64,000 nucleotides of DNA, taken from an uncultured SAR116 cluster alpha proteobacterium (GTDB lineage: Bacteria > Pseudomonadota > Alphaproteobacteria > Puniceispirillales > Marisalimonadaceae). Below are positions 1 through 10,514 of this stretch, one piece after another. The position numbers and the translations under genes are program-made. The stretch covers positions 35,119-99,118 of the forward strand of contig CACMOJ010000003.1 in assembly GCA_902615325.1 (NCBI GenBank), given 5' to 3'. The notes under the pieces were generated by a model. It did not search any database and was not told the DNA's origin. It saw nothing but the letters and a program-made list of their open reading frames with translations. Each line of letters starts with the position of its first letter. Positions within the stretch are counted from its first letter, which is position 1.

Positions 1-1
1 A

Positions 2-2467
2 AGAGAATTAAATATAACCCTTACAAAAAGGGGAAAAGTTTTGAATGACAGTATTCCAATGTGTGGTATTCCATTTCATGCCGCAAATAATTATGTTCCA
101 AAATTAGTAAAAAAAGGTTTTGAAATTGCAATTTGTGAGCAAACAAGTTCTCCAGAAGAAATGTCTTTAAAAGGTATTAAAGGCCCTTTAACTAGAGAAA
201 TTACAAGAATAATTACACCTGGTACATTGATCGAAGAAAATCATTTAGAGAGTGAACAACATAACTTTCTTGGTTGTATTTTTATAGATAAATCAAATTT
301 TTCAATATCATGGCTTGATGTATCAACAGGATCTTTTATATCTAATGCTTTTAAATACGAAACTGAGAAAGATTTAAGCTATAAAATTGAAAATGTTTTA
401 AATAAGATTTCAATTTCAGAATTGTTAGTATCTGATAAAGAAATCCGAAATCTTGAATATTTAAATGTAAAAATAAAAAAGATTAGTAACGTCTATTTTA
501 CTTACAATGAGAATTTTAAAAGATTAAATGATCATTTTGAAGACAACAATTTAGAAGAAAAAATTGATAAAACACAAATAATTGTTAGTGGAGTTTTACT
601 CTATTATTTAAGACATACTTTTAAAAAAGATATTCCTCATTTAAGAGACATTAAAACTGAAAAAGATATTCCTTTTTTAGAAATTGATAAATCTACTATG
701 TCTTCTCTAGAGCTCATAGACACAATTAATAGTGAAAAAAATAATAGCTTATTAAAAATAATCAATAAAACATTAACTGCAACAGGGTCAAGACTTATTA
801 AAAAAAGGTTGTTAGCACCTTCTAATAATAAAGATGAAATTATAAGAAGGCAAAAAATTGCTGAATTTTTATATCTAGACAAAATATTTAAAAAAAATAT
901 AAAAAATTATTTAAACAAAATTAATGACTTTGAACGATCTTTATCAAGAATTTCTCTAAACACTATTAATCCTAAAGAATTGTTAATTTTAGGAGAAAAT
1001 TTAAAAACAATTTTAGAGATCAAATCTGATATTAATAATTTTAAAAACTGTAACAAATTTATTAAGGCCCTTTCAGAAAAAGTAAAAATAAATGAAAAAC
1101 TTATTTTTGAAATTTTAAGAGCTATTAAAAAATCTGTTTTACACGAAAACAAAAATAATGACTTTATTAATAGAGGATATAGTAAAGAGTTAGATAAAGT
1201 TAAAGATATTCAAAACTTTTCTGGAGATAAAATTATTGAATTTCAATTAAAATATATACAACTAACTAAAATTAACTCTCTAAAAATAAAATATAATAAA
1301 GTATTAGGATATCATGTAGAGATAAGAACAAATCATCTAGATAAAATTAGTTTATTTGATGAATTCATTCATAGGCAAACAACTGCTCAAACAGTTAGGT
1401 ATACTACTAAGGAATTGTTAGATTTAGAAATAAAGATAAACCAAGCTAATAAACTAGTTAACCAGTTAGAAATAGATTTTTATTTAGTTTTAAAAAAACG
1501 GATTTTAGAAGAAAAGAATAACATATTTCAAATGTCAGATTTTATAGCCCAACTAGATATTGCTAATATGACAGCAGATCAAAAATTATTTAATAATTAT
1601 AACATTCCTATAATTGTAGATAGCAGTAAATTACTTATTAAAAATGGAAGACATCCAGTTGTTGAGGAAACATTACCACTGGCATCAGATTACACGCCAA
1701 ATGATTGTGAATTAAATGATGGTAATATTTGGTTAATTACGGGTCCTAATATGGCAGGAAAATCAACATTTTTAAGACAAAATGCGATAATTATAATATT
1801 AGCACAAACTGGCTTGTTTGTACCAGCTGAAAAAACTGAATTAGGATTAGTAGATAAAATTTTTTCAAGAGTTGGTGCGTCAGATAATCTTAGTCAAGGA
1901 CAATCAACCTTTATGGTTGAGATGATGGAGACAGCCTCAATCTTGAACAGAGCTACTGAGAAATCCTTTATTATATTTGATGAAGTTGGGAGAGGAACAT
2001 CTACCTACGATGGATTAGCCATCGCTTGGGCTATTCTTGAGTATATGCTGGAGAAATTAAAAGCTAAGGTTCTATTTGCAACTCATTACCATGAATTGAC
2101 ATCGATAGACAAACAATCAAGCCAAATTAAAAATTATAAAATGGAAATCAAAGAATGGAATAATGAAATAATATTTTTATACAAGATTCTACAAGGTGAA
2201 GCAAACAAGTCTTATGGTTTAGAGGTGGCAAAATTAGCCGGGTTACCAAAAGATTTAATATCTAAAGCAAATGAAATCTTAAATAGTTTTGAACAAAAAA
2301 AATACTCTAAAGATGTAAAAATTTCCAAGTGTAGAAACAAAGAAAATGATAAAAATTTACTTGAAAGTTATATTAACAATTTAGATCTAAATAAAATGAC
2401 ACCCTTAAATGCTTTAGAAACGTTATTTGATATTCAAAAATTATCTAAATCAAAAATCAAAGATTAA
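2..2467 (+). CDS. mutS: DNA mismatch repair protein MutS (5' end cut by window edge)
   Basis: Frame is open from nt 2 (RELNITLTKRGKVLNDSIPMCGIPFHA). Walker A GPNMAGKSTFLRQ and the FDEVGRGTSTYDG motif are present. The true start lies upstream of the window. Confidence 0.95.
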   Translation, partial: RELNITLTKRGKVLNDSIPMCGIPFHAANNYVPKLVKKGFEIAICEQTSSPEEMSLKGIKGPLTREITRIITPGTLIEENHLESEQHNFLGCIFIDKSNFSISWLDVSTGSFISNAFKYETEKDLSYKIENVLNKISISELLVSDKEIRNLEYLNVKIKKISNVYFTYNENFKRLNDHFEDNNLEEKIDKTQIIVSGVLLYYLRHTFKKDIPHLRDIKTEKDIPFLEIDKSTMSSLELIDTINSEKNNSLLKIINKTLTATGSRLIKKRLLAPSNNKDEIIRRQKIAEFLYLDKIFKKNIKNYLNKINDFERSLSRISLNTINPKELLILGENLKTILEIKSDINNFKNCNKFIKALSEKVKINEKLIFEILRAIKKSVLHENKNNDFINRGYSKELDKVKDIQNFSGDKIIEFQLKYIQLTKINSLKIKYNKVLGYHVEIRTNHLDKISLFDEFIHRQTTAQTVRYTTKELLDLEIKINQANKLVNQLEIDFYLVLKKRILEEKNNIFQMSDFIAQLDIANMTADQKLFNNYNIPIIVDSSKLLIKNGRHPVVEETLPLASDYTPNDCELNDGNIWLITGPNMAGKSTFLRQNAIIIILAQTGLFVPAEKTELGLVDKIFSRVGASDNLSQGQSTFMVEMMETASILNRATEKSFIIFDEVGRGTSTYDGLAIAWAILEYMLEKLKAKVLFATHYHELTSIDKQSSQIKNYKMEIKEWNNEIIFLYKILQGEANKSYGLEVAKLAGLPKDLISKANEILNSFEQKKYSKDVKISKCRNKENDKNLLESYINNLDLNKMTPLNALETLFDIQKLSKSKIKD

Positions 2468-5244
2468 TGTTAAATTACAGTTTTTCTGATTTTAAAAATT
2501 TTTCATGGGTTAATTGGTTAGATCCCTTAAGCCAAGTAAATCAAAATTTTGATAAAAAAATTTTTAAAGAAATAGAATTTGATAAAATTCAATTAAATTT
2601 AGCTCGATCTAAAATAATTAAAAATTTATCCTGTCAATTATCTACTAAGAGAGAGTTTTTAAAACAAATTTTTGAAAAGGATTCTAATGGAATTAATTAT
2701 GTGGGTTTAAATACTAGGCTCATAGATAATCTAATAATAAATCTGTTTAACTATGTTAAAGATACTAAAGAGAATAAAAATTTTAACGGAGTATTAATTT
2801 TAGCTTTAGGTGGCTATGGTAGAGGTGAATTAGCGCCAAAATCTGATATCGATTTGTTGTTTTTAGTGAAGGACAAAAACTTAAGTAAAATTAAATCACA
2901 GGATTCAGAAAAATTAATTTATGAAATTTTATATTTTTTATGGGATTTAGGCTTTTCAGTTGGTCACTCCACTAGAACAGTTAATCAAACATTTGATTAT
3001 GCAAAAGAAGATATTACTTTTTTGACTAGTTTAATAGATAATAGATTTCTTATTGGAAACAAAAAATTATATGAAAGTTTTGAAAAAACTTTTCAAAATT
3101 TTAAAAAAAATTACAACACATTTGAATTTATTAAAAGTAAATTAATTGAGGCAGATCAAAGACATAAAAAATTTGGATCATCTAGGTTTGTAATTGAACC
3201 TAACGTTAAAGAGGGTAAAGGCGGGATTAGGGATATTCAAACGCTAATTTGGATATCAAAATTTGCTTACAATTCAAAAAATATTTTTCACTTGCTTGAA
3301 AGTGGAGTTTTTATAAAAAAAGAACTCTATATATTGTCTAATTCTTATAAGTTTTTACTTTCAACTAGGTGTCATTTACATCTTCTATCCAAAAGAGAAA
3401 ATGATAACCTTGATATTGAATCTCAAATTGAAATTTCTAAACTTGTAGGATTTAGACAAAAAGATTTTCAAAGACCTGTAGAAAGATTTATGAAAAGGTA
3501 TTACATCGCTGCTAAAAACATTGGTGGCTTAACAAGAATCTTTTTTTCAGTAATTGAAGACAAATTTAAAAAATCAATAAGATTTAATTTTTTTTTTCGC
3601 AATAGAGTAAATCTAGAAAAGCCATTTATATTTAAAAGAAAAAAAATAGCGATAGAGAACAAAACCTATTTTTTAAAAAAACCTGAACTTATCATTGAAA
3701 TATTTCATATATCACACTTTAAAAATTTAGAGATACATCCAGAAACATTAAGATTATTGTCAGATTGTAGTAAATTAATAAGAAAAAAACAAATTAATTC
3801 AAAAATAAGCAATAAATTATTTTTCGAGATAATTTCAAGTGAAACAAATCCTAGACCAATTTTACGTTTGATGAATGACACAAATGTCTTAGGAAATTTT
3901 ATACCTGATTTTAAGAAAATAATTGGTTTAATACAACATGACATGTATCATCATTACACAGTTGATGAACATACATTTTTTGCTATTAGTAATGCACATG
4001 AATTAAAAAATGAAAGTTTAAATTTTGGAACTGAATTAGCAAGTAAATTAATATTTGAAATAGATAGATTTGATTTGCTAACGATTTCTCTATTTTTTCA
4101 TGATATAGCAAAAGGGTTAGAAGGAGATCATTCTTTAAATGGTTCTAAAATTGCAAAAAATTTATGTCTAAGATTAGGTTTGAAAAATGCTGACGCCGAA
4201 ATTGTATCATGGTGCGTGCTCAATCACCTTTATCTAAGTGAAACAGCATTCAGATATGATTTAAATGATAAAAAAATTATTGAAAAAAGTACAAAAAAAA
4301 TTGATACAATTAAAAAATTAAATTTACTTTTCGTTTTGACTATCTGCGATATAAATGCTGTTGGACCTGGAGTTTTGACTGATTGGAAAAGAAGTCTTCT
4401 TATCGAATTATATAATAAAATTAAAATGGATTTAGATTATAAAGAATTAAAAATAATGCCTGAAAAAAGAGAAAAAAAATCAGAGCATTTATTTAATGAA
4501 ATAAAAAGTTTAAATCTGTTAAAGGATGATGAAGCTCAAAATTATATAATCAATTTTCCAGATAATTATTGGAAGATGTATAATTTGAAACAAATGTTAG
4601 ACCAAGTAATATTATTTAAGAAAATGTTAGACTCGAAAGTAAAATTTAATTTTGAGATTTACAACAATTTAAATTCAAATGTATCAGAATTGATTGTAAT
4701 TGCTCCAGATAACTTTGGATTATTTTCTAAAATTTCTGGTATATTATCATCTAGTAACATTAACATAATATCCGCTAAAATAATTACAAGATCTGATGGT
4801 TTTGCAATTGATTATTTTGTAATAAATAACAAAATGGATATGGCAATTTCTGAAAAGAATATTCAACAAAAAATTTTTAGAAGACTCAAGGATGGTCTTG
4901 AGGGAGTTTATGATTTCGAAATAGAGTTGGAAAAAAGGTTTGATGAATCTCCTTCAAAAATTAAAAAAATCAATGCTCCTATAAGAGTATATATAGATAA
5001 TGATACTAGTGATGAATTTAGCATTTTAGAAGTAAATTGTAAAAATGCCCCAGGAGTTCTTTTTAAAATTACACAAAGTATATCGAAGTTAAATTTACAG
5101 ATATATACTGCTTCTATTTCAACTTATGGAACAAGAGTTACTGATATTTTTTATGTCAAAGATTTATTTGGGCAAAAAATTATTGATGAAATCAAAATAA
5201 AACAAGTTAGAGATAATCTATTAGAAGTGTTAAGTAAAGGTTAA
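2467..5244 (+). CDS. glnD: [protein-PII] uridylyltransferase/uridylyl-removing enzyme GlnD
   Basis: 925 aa with nucleotidyltransferase motif GGYGRGELAPKSDIDLLFL and an HD domain (YHHYTVDEHT, FHDIAKG). Two C-terminal ACT-like domains. The ATG shares one base with the mutS stop (TAATG). Confidence 0.9.
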   Translation: MLNYSFSDFKNFSWVNWLDPLSQVNQNFDKKIFKEIEFDKIQLNLARSKIIKNLSCQLSTKREFLKQIFEKDSNGINYVGLNTRLIDNLIINLFNYVKDTKENKNFNGVLILALGGYGRGELAPKSDIDLLFLVKDKNLSKIKSQDSEKLIYEILYFLWDLGFSVGHSTRTVNQTFDYAKEDITFLTSLIDNRFLIGNKKLYESFEKTFQNFKKNYNTFEFIKSKLIEADQRHKKFGSSRFVIEPNVKEGKGGIRDIQTLIWISKFAYNSKNIFHLLESGVFIKKELYILSNSYKFLLSTRCHLHLLSKRENDNLDIESQIEISKLVGFRQKDFQRPVERFMKRYYIAAKNIGGLTRIFFSVIEDKFKKSIRFNFFFRNRVNLEKPFIFKRKKIAIENKTYFLKKPELIIEIFHISHFKNLEIHPETLRLLSDCSKLIRKKQINSKISNKLFFEIISSETNPRPILRLMNDTNVLGNFIPDFKKIIGLIQHDMYHHYTVDEHTFFAISNAHELKNESLNFGTELASKLIFEIDRFDLLTISLFFHDIAKGLEGDHSLNGSKIAKNLCLRLGLKNADAEIVSWCVLNHLYLSETAFRYDLNDKKIIEKSTKKIDTIKKLNLLFVLTICDINAVGPGVLTDWKRSLLIELYNKIKMDLDYKELKIMPEKREKKSEHLFNEIKSLNLLKDDEAQNYIINFPDNYWKMYNLKQMLDQVILFKKMLDSKVKFNFEIYNNLNSNVSELIVIAPDNFGLFSKISGILSSSNINIISAKIITRSDGFAIDYFVINNKMDMAISEKNIQQKIFRRLKDGLEGVYDFEIELEKRFDESPSKIKKINAPIRVYIDNDTSDEFSILEVNCKNAPGVLFKITQSISKLNLQIYTASISTYGTRVTDIFYVKDLFGQKIIDEIKIKQVRDNLLEVLSKG

Positions 5245-5266
5245 TGAGTAAGAAAAATAATAAAAG

Positions 5267-6847
5267 ATGATAAAATTTTTTATAAAAGGTTTTAGAGTTA
5301 ATGCCTTATTAACAATTTTAAGTAGAATAACTGGGTTTATAAGAGATATTGTTTTAGCTTTTTTTTTAGGAGCTGGAATAGTATCCGATATATTTTTTAT
5401 TTCATCCAAATTACCAAACTTGTTTAGAAGAATTACAGCTGAAGGCGCAATGACCTCTTCATTTTTGCCAATATATTCTAAACTTTTACATCAGGATAAA
5501 TCAGAAAACGCACAAAAATTTTCTTCAATAATTTGTTTCTTTTTAATTATATTTTTAACAATTCTTGTAGTTCTTTTTGAAATTTTTATGCCTTTTTTTA
5601 TTAGGATAATAGCACCTGGCATTGTAAATTACGAAAATTATTTTAATGACATTGTAACGCTCTCAAGGTTTACAATAATCTTTTTGCCATTTATTTCTAT
5701 GACTGCTTTTTTTGGAGCAATGCTAAATGCATCTGGTAGGTTTTTTTATTTCGCTTTTACACCAATTATTTTCAATTTAAGTATAATTATTTCCTGCTTT
5801 TATATTAATGAGGCTTGGCAAATAAAATCTTTACCACTTGCTATAGCAATGCCAATTTCTGGTTTCATTCAGTTATGCTTTATATATTATTATGTTAAAA
5901 AATTTGATTTAATAACTAAAATTTTTTTTAAATTATCTAATTTAAAACTAAATAATTTTAGGAAATTCAAAAATAATATTTCTGATACTCTTAAAAGATT
6001 TTTTCCAGCAGTACTTTCAGGTGGTATCTTTCAAATCAATATTTTAGTTGATACAATATTAGCAACTTTTGTTGGTTTTGGTGCTGTTTCTTATTTATAT
6101 TATTCAGACAGGATTATTCAATTGCCTCTAGGAATTATTGGTGTTTCTCTTGGGACAGTTTTGTTATCATCAATCTCTCATCCTAAAGTAGTAAACAACA
6201 ATGAAAAAATTTCAGATCAATTAATTATTGCAATAAAAATTTCATTATATTTTGCAATTCCATCAATGGTAACATTAATTTGCTTTTCTGAGTTTATAAT
6301 TAGCAGTTTGTTTGAAAGAGGAAGCTTTGAAAAATCATCTAGTGAATCAGTTGCATTAGCCTTATCTATGTATTCTCTAGGACTGCCATTTGTTATGATT
6401 ATTAAATGTTTTCAATCAGTTTTTATAGCAACTGGAGAAATAAAGAAAATCTTATATATTTCAATCTTGCAATTAATTACTAACTTTACATTATCAATAA
6501 TTCTAATGAAATACTTTTCACATGGAGGCATCGCTTTAGCAACATCAATTTCAACAATATTATCATTTATAATTTATTTGTTTTACATTTTAAAAAATCA
6601 AAAGTTGATTTTTGTATCACTGCATTCAAAAAATTATAAAAGTAAAAACAATATCTTGTTTTATTTTATAAAAATATCAATTTTATCATCTTTTATGATT
6701 TTTATCTTATACTTATTTCAAAAGGTCACAGACTCTAATTCTGGTTTTATCTATCTTTCAATCTTTACAAGTATAGGCATTTTATTTTATATTTTTATAA
6801 CTTATATAACAAAACAAATTCCAAATGAATTATTTTCAAAATTATAA
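5267..6847 (+). CDS. murJ: lipid II flippase MurJ/MviN
   Basis: 526-aa polytopic membrane protein with the MviN N-terminal signature RITGFIRDIVLAFFLGAG...PNLFRRITAEGA. The glnD-mviN order is typical of alphaproteobacteria. Confidence 0.85.
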   Translation: MIKFFIKGFRVNALLTILSRITGFIRDIVLAFFLGAGIVSDIFFISSKLPNLFRRITAEGAMTSSFLPIYSKLLHQDKSENAQKFSSIICFFLIIFLTILVVLFEIFMPFFIRIIAPGIVNYENYFNDIVTLSRFTIIFLPFISMTAFFGAMLNASGRFFYFAFTPIIFNLSIIISCFYINEAWQIKSLPLAIAMPISGFIQLCFIYYYVKKFDLITKIFFKLSNLKLNNFRKFKNNISDTLKRFFPAVLSGGIFQINILVDTILATFVGFGAVSYLYYSDRIIQLPLGIIGVSLGTVLLSSISHPKVVNNNEKISDQLIIAIKISLYFAIPSMVTLICFSEFIISSLFERGSFEKSSSESVALALSMYSLGLPFVMIIKCFQSVFIATGEIKKILYISILQLITNFTLSIILMKYFSHGGIALATSISTILSFIIYLFYILKNQKLIFVSLHSKNYKSKNNILFYFIKISILSSFMIFILYLFQKVTDSNSGFIYLSIFTSIGILFYIFITYITKQIPNELFSKL

Positions 6848-6859
6848 TCATAAAACATC

Positions 6860-7894
6860 ATGTTAAAATCTAAACAACCTTCGAAAAGAATTTTTTCAGG
6901 GATACAGCCTACAGGTAACCTTCATATTGGGAATTATTTAGGAGCTATCAAAAATTGGATTAAACTGCAAAAAGAAGATAACTGTATTTACTCAATTGTT
7001 GATCTGCATGCAATGACAGTACCCAATAATTTATTGGATATTAAAAATTCAACTTTAGAAGTAGCAGCAGCTGTAATTGCTTCAGGAATTGACCCTAAAA
7101 AATCTATTCTTTTCAATCAATCAAATGTTCCACAACATACCGAATTAGCGTGGATTTTTAATTGTATTGCCAGAATAGGATGGCTTAATAGAATGACTCA
7201 ATTTAAAGAAAAAGCTGGCAAAAAAAAAGATAATGCTACTGTTGGTTTATTTAGTTACCCAGTACTTATGGCTGCAGATATATTATTATATAAAGCTACA
7301 CATGTCCCAGTTGGAGAGGATCAAAAACAACACTTAGAATTGGCAAGAGATATAGCGAGTTCTTTTAATTCAACATTTGATAAGACACTCAACAAAGATT
7401 TTTTTCAGTTACCGGAACCCTTTATTTTAGGGCCTGCAAAGAGGATTATGAGTTTACGAGATGGCAGAAGTAAAATGAGCAAGTCCGACATCTCTGATGC
7501 TTCTAGAATTAATCTTATGGATGATAAAGATCAAATTTTTTTAAAAATTAAAAGAGCTAAGACTGATCAATATCCTATTCCTGAAAATATTGATGATTTA
7601 GAAAATAGACCAGAAGCACTTAATTTAATCAACATATATGCTTCTTTTTCAAATAAAAGCGTAAATGAAATTCTTTTAAAATTTTCAGGAAAAGGTTTTT
7701 CTCAATTTAAAGAAGATTTATCAGATTTGATAATAAATGAGATAGGTCCTATTACTAAAGAAATGAATAATTTGATGAATAATAAAGATGAAATTGTTAG
7801 AATATTGATTGACGGATCCAATAAAGCTAAAGAAATAGCAAGTGAAGTATTATATGATGTAAAAAAAATTATTGGTATTAACTTTAAAGATTGA
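6860..7894 (+). CDS. trpS: tryptophan--tRNA ligase
   Basis: Class I motifs PTGNLHIGNYLGA (HIGH-type) and KMSKS. 344 aa. Confidence 0.95.
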   Translation: MLKSKQPSKRIFSGIQPTGNLHIGNYLGAIKNWIKLQKEDNCIYSIVDLHAMTVPNNLLDIKNSTLEVAAAVIASGIDPKKSILFNQSNVPQHTELAWIFNCIARIGWLNRMTQFKEKAGKKKDNATVGLFSYPVLMAADILLYKATHVPVGEDQKQHLELARDIASSFNSTFDKTLNKDFFQLPEPFILGPAKRIMSLRDGRSKMSKSDISDASRINLMDDKDQIFLKIKRAKTDQYPIPENIDDLENRPEALNLINIYASFSNKSVNEILLKFSGKGFSQFKEDLSDLIINEIGPITKEMNNLMNNKDEIVRILIDGSNKAKEIASEVLYDVKKIIGINFKD

Positions 7895-7925
7895 AAAATC
7901 ACTTCTGAGTATATATATTTTCTAT

Positions 7926-8480
7926 ATGTTTATACAAACTGAAGAAACACCAAATCCTAATACTCTAAAATTCAATCCTGGTGTTTCAGTTCTATCTGAA
8001 GGAACTATTGAATTTAAAGATAATAATTCAGCAAAAATCTCAAACTTGGCAGATTTAATATTTTCAATTAATGGAATTGAAAGGGTATTTTTAGCTGAAG
8101 AATTTGTATCAGTTACTAAAAATAGTAATTTTAATTGGGAAATTTTAAAGCCTTTAATATTAACCGCAATAATGGAACATTATGCAAGTGGCAAAGAGGT
8201 CATAAAAAAAAGTAAAACTAAGAAAAACGTTAATAAAAACGAAGACACAGAAGTAGTCAAACAGATTAAAGAATTAATCGATCAAAGAGTAAGACCAGCT
8301 GTTGCAATGGATGGTGGTGATATATCATTTTGTTCTTTTGAAGATGGAGTAGTCACTTTACAAATGAAAGGCGCGTGTGCCGGATGTCCATCAAGTACAG
8401 CCACTTTAAAAATGGGGATCGAAAATATGTTAAGACACTACATTCCTGAAGTTGTGGAAGTTAAAGCTGCAGAGTTGTGA
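7926..8480 (+). CDS. NifU/Nfu-type Fe-S cluster scaffold protein
   Basis: Nfu_N domain (ETPNPNTLKF) plus a NifU C-terminal CxxC (GACAGCPSS). I prefer ATG 7926 to the ORF-track start 7872, which would overlap trpS by 23 nt. Confidence 0.85.
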   Translation: MFIQTEETPNPNTLKFNPGVSVLSEGTIEFKDNNSAKISNLADLIFSINGIERVFLAEEFVSVTKNSNFNWEILKPLILTAIMEHYASGKEVIKKSKTKKNVNKNEDTEVVKQIKELIDQRVRPAVAMDGGDISFCSFEDGVVTLQMKGACAGCPSSTATLKMGIENMLRHYIPEVVEVKAAEL

Positions 8481-9457
8481 TATTAAAAAACAATACTTTA
8501 CTAACATTTTTAGCTTTTATTTTGTCAATTTTTGGCCTTATAGGTCCCGGCTTCTGGGATATTAAATCTCCAAATCTAGTTAAGTTTAAGAACGATCATC
8601 TAACAAGATCCTCTATAGGTATAAAGTTCAATCCTAACGATTTAGAGCTAGATGATAAATTTAATAACGTTGAAAGGTCCTCAAAAATTTTTTTTGGTAA
8701 AGAAATAGCCATTGCATGGTCTAAAAATTTTCTTGACCAAATTAGTATTGAACAAAGAGTTTCTAGAGTGTATTTCACTCAATTGCCAAGTGATTTAAAT
8801 ACATATAAAATTGAAGATAAGAAAAAGATTTTTATTAGTATTATGCTGCCGTTATTATTAAAAGGCAATGAAACTGTGTTTGATGAAAGGTTAAAAGTCA
8901 TTAAATATTTTAATAAACAGGATTTCAGTAGATTAAAAAAACCATGTATTAAATATAAAATTCAAAAAATAGACTGTAATAATATAGGATCTTTAAATAA
9001 TAAAAAATTCAAATATTTAAGGAAAACATTACTAAATAGAATTAACGTATTTCCAATTTCCATGATGTTAGCTCAGGCTATTGTTGAGAGCGGTTGGGGA
9101 GTTTCAAGATTTGCACAAAAAGGCAATGCTCTTTTTGGTCAATGGACATGGGACAAAAAAAGGGGAATATCTCCATCAGGTATTAATAGACCAAGTTTTG
9201 CAGTAAGAAGTTTTATAAATCTACAAGATTCAGTTGATGCTTACATTTTAAATTTAAACACACATCCTGCGTACTCAAAATTAAGAAATTATAGAGAATT
9301 AGTTGCAAATTCAGGAGAGTTTAAAGGGAAAAAATTTTCAAAATATTTAGACAAATATGCTGTAATTGGTTTTGATTACGTAAAAAAAATAAATTCGATG
9401 ATAAATAATAATGGGTTAGAAAAGTTTAATTTACTTAAATTTAAGCTAGATAAGTAA
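8477..9457 (+). CDS. glucosaminidase-domain protein (Bax/FlgJ-like muramidase family)
   Basis: N-terminal hydrophobic segment. C-terminal motif AQAIVESGWG...GNALFGQWTW is typical of mannosyl-glycoprotein endo-beta-N-acetylglucosaminidase domains. GTG start overlaps the nfu stop (GTGA). Confidence 0.6.
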   Translation: MILKNNTLLTFLAFILSIFGLIGPGFWDIKSPNLVKFKNDHLTRSSIGIKFNPNDLELDDKFNNVERSSKIFFGKEIAIAWSKNFLDQISIEQRVSRVYFTQLPSDLNTYKIEDKKKIFISIMLPLLLKGNETVFDERLKVIKYFNKQDFSRLKKPCIKYKIQKIDCNNIGSLNNKKFKYLRKTLLNRINVFPISMMLAQAIVESGWGVSRFAQKGNALFGQWTWDKKRGISPSGINRPSFAVRSFINLQDSVDAYILNLNTHPAYSKLRNYRELVANSGEFKGKKFSKYLDKYAVIGFDYVKKINSMINNNGLEKFNLLKFKLDK

Positions 9458-9464
9458 TTGTTCT

Positions 9465-10514
9465 TTACTTTGTTACAAACTGCTTTCCAAACCAGCGCCA
9501 CCTGTTATCATAAGCTGCCATTGTACAATTAATTCTGCCTCTAGTTTTTGGAAATTTTCTTTCCAATCTTACTTCTATTCTAAACTTACCAATTCTTTTT
9601 GTGTTTGTAACAATTCCATTACTTGCAAAACATCTAATTGCTTTCATTGGTTTAATTTTAGAACTTAAAGTAAATCCAAAATCAGGAGGATTATTTTTAA
9701 GAAAATTGTTTTCTGGGCTGACATCTCTAATCACTAAAGGTAAAGCGTTAATAGCCAGCTCTAATCTTTTTAAATCACCATAATTTTCATTCATTGCAAA
9801 TCTTGGCAATTGAAAGATTCCCGAGGATAAATGTGCTACTCCTGAGTGTTGACCAAAGGCAGCCTCAAATCCAGATCCTTTCACAATCTCTATCGTTTTA
9901 TTATCATATTCTCCGTAGGGGTATGCAAATAGTGTAGGTTTAAACCCTAATTCTTTAATAAACCGTTTGTTAGAATATTCAATTTCATTTAGTATTTCCT
10001 TACTGCTTAATCTGTGTAAATGTGGGTGAGACTTTGTTTGACTACCAATTAAAACACCATTGTCAACTAATTCTCTAATTTGGCTCCAACTCATATAATT
10101 TGATAATTTGTTGTCAATAACATCTGTAGAAATAAATAACGCGAAAGGTAAGTTTAATTTTTTTAAAATTGGCCAAGCTCTGGTGTAGACAGATAAATAT
10201 GCATCATCTATTGTAATAGAAATAGATCTATCATTTATATCTATTTCTCCTTTTATCCCTTTAACTGCCTTGTCAAGTCTGATTACGTCATATTTATTTT
10301 TAATAAGTTCATTAGTGTGTTGGATAAATTGTTCAATTGTAGTATTTGTTGTTGGATATTTATTCTCACCAAATCTATGATACATCAGTATATTTGCATG
10401 ATTTGTTTTTAGAATTAATTTATCTTCAGAAAAAGATATATTTAAAGTAGATAGATAAACTAAAATAAAATTAGATATTAAAAAAATTTTACAGATTAAC
10501 TTATAATACATCAT
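9465..10514 (-). CDS. polysaccharide deacetylase family protein (NodB-type), secreted
   Basis: Signal-like N-terminus and motifs MYHRF, ITIDDAY and SHPHL. Start taken at ATG 10514 (the ORF track uses TTG at 10520). Confidence 0.7.
   Translation of the reverse strand: MMYYKLICKIFLISNFILVYLSTLNISFSEDKLILKTNHANILMYHRFGENKYPTTNTTIEQFIQHTNELIKNKYDVIRLDKAVKGIKGEIDINDRSISITIDDAYLSVYTRAWPILKKLNLPFALFISTDVIDNKLSNYMSWSQIRELVDNGVLIGSQTKSHPHLHRLSSKEILNEIEYSNKRFIKELGFKPTLFAYPYGEYDNKTIEIVKGSGFEAAFGQHSGVAHLSSGIFQLPRFAMNENYGDLKRLELAINALPLVIRDVSPENNFLKNNPPDFGFTLSSKIKPMKAIRCFASNGIVTNTKRIGKFRIEVRLERKFPKTRGRINCTMAAYDNRWRWFGKQFVTK

Noticed and set aside
7872-7925. Longer ORF-track starts for the Nfu-type gene (7872), the rimI-like gene (11180) and the dadA-like gene (45509).
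   Set aside because: The extensions overlap the preceding gene or the riboswitch leader, and they add residues not found at the N-termini of these families. Internal ATGs give compact junctions.
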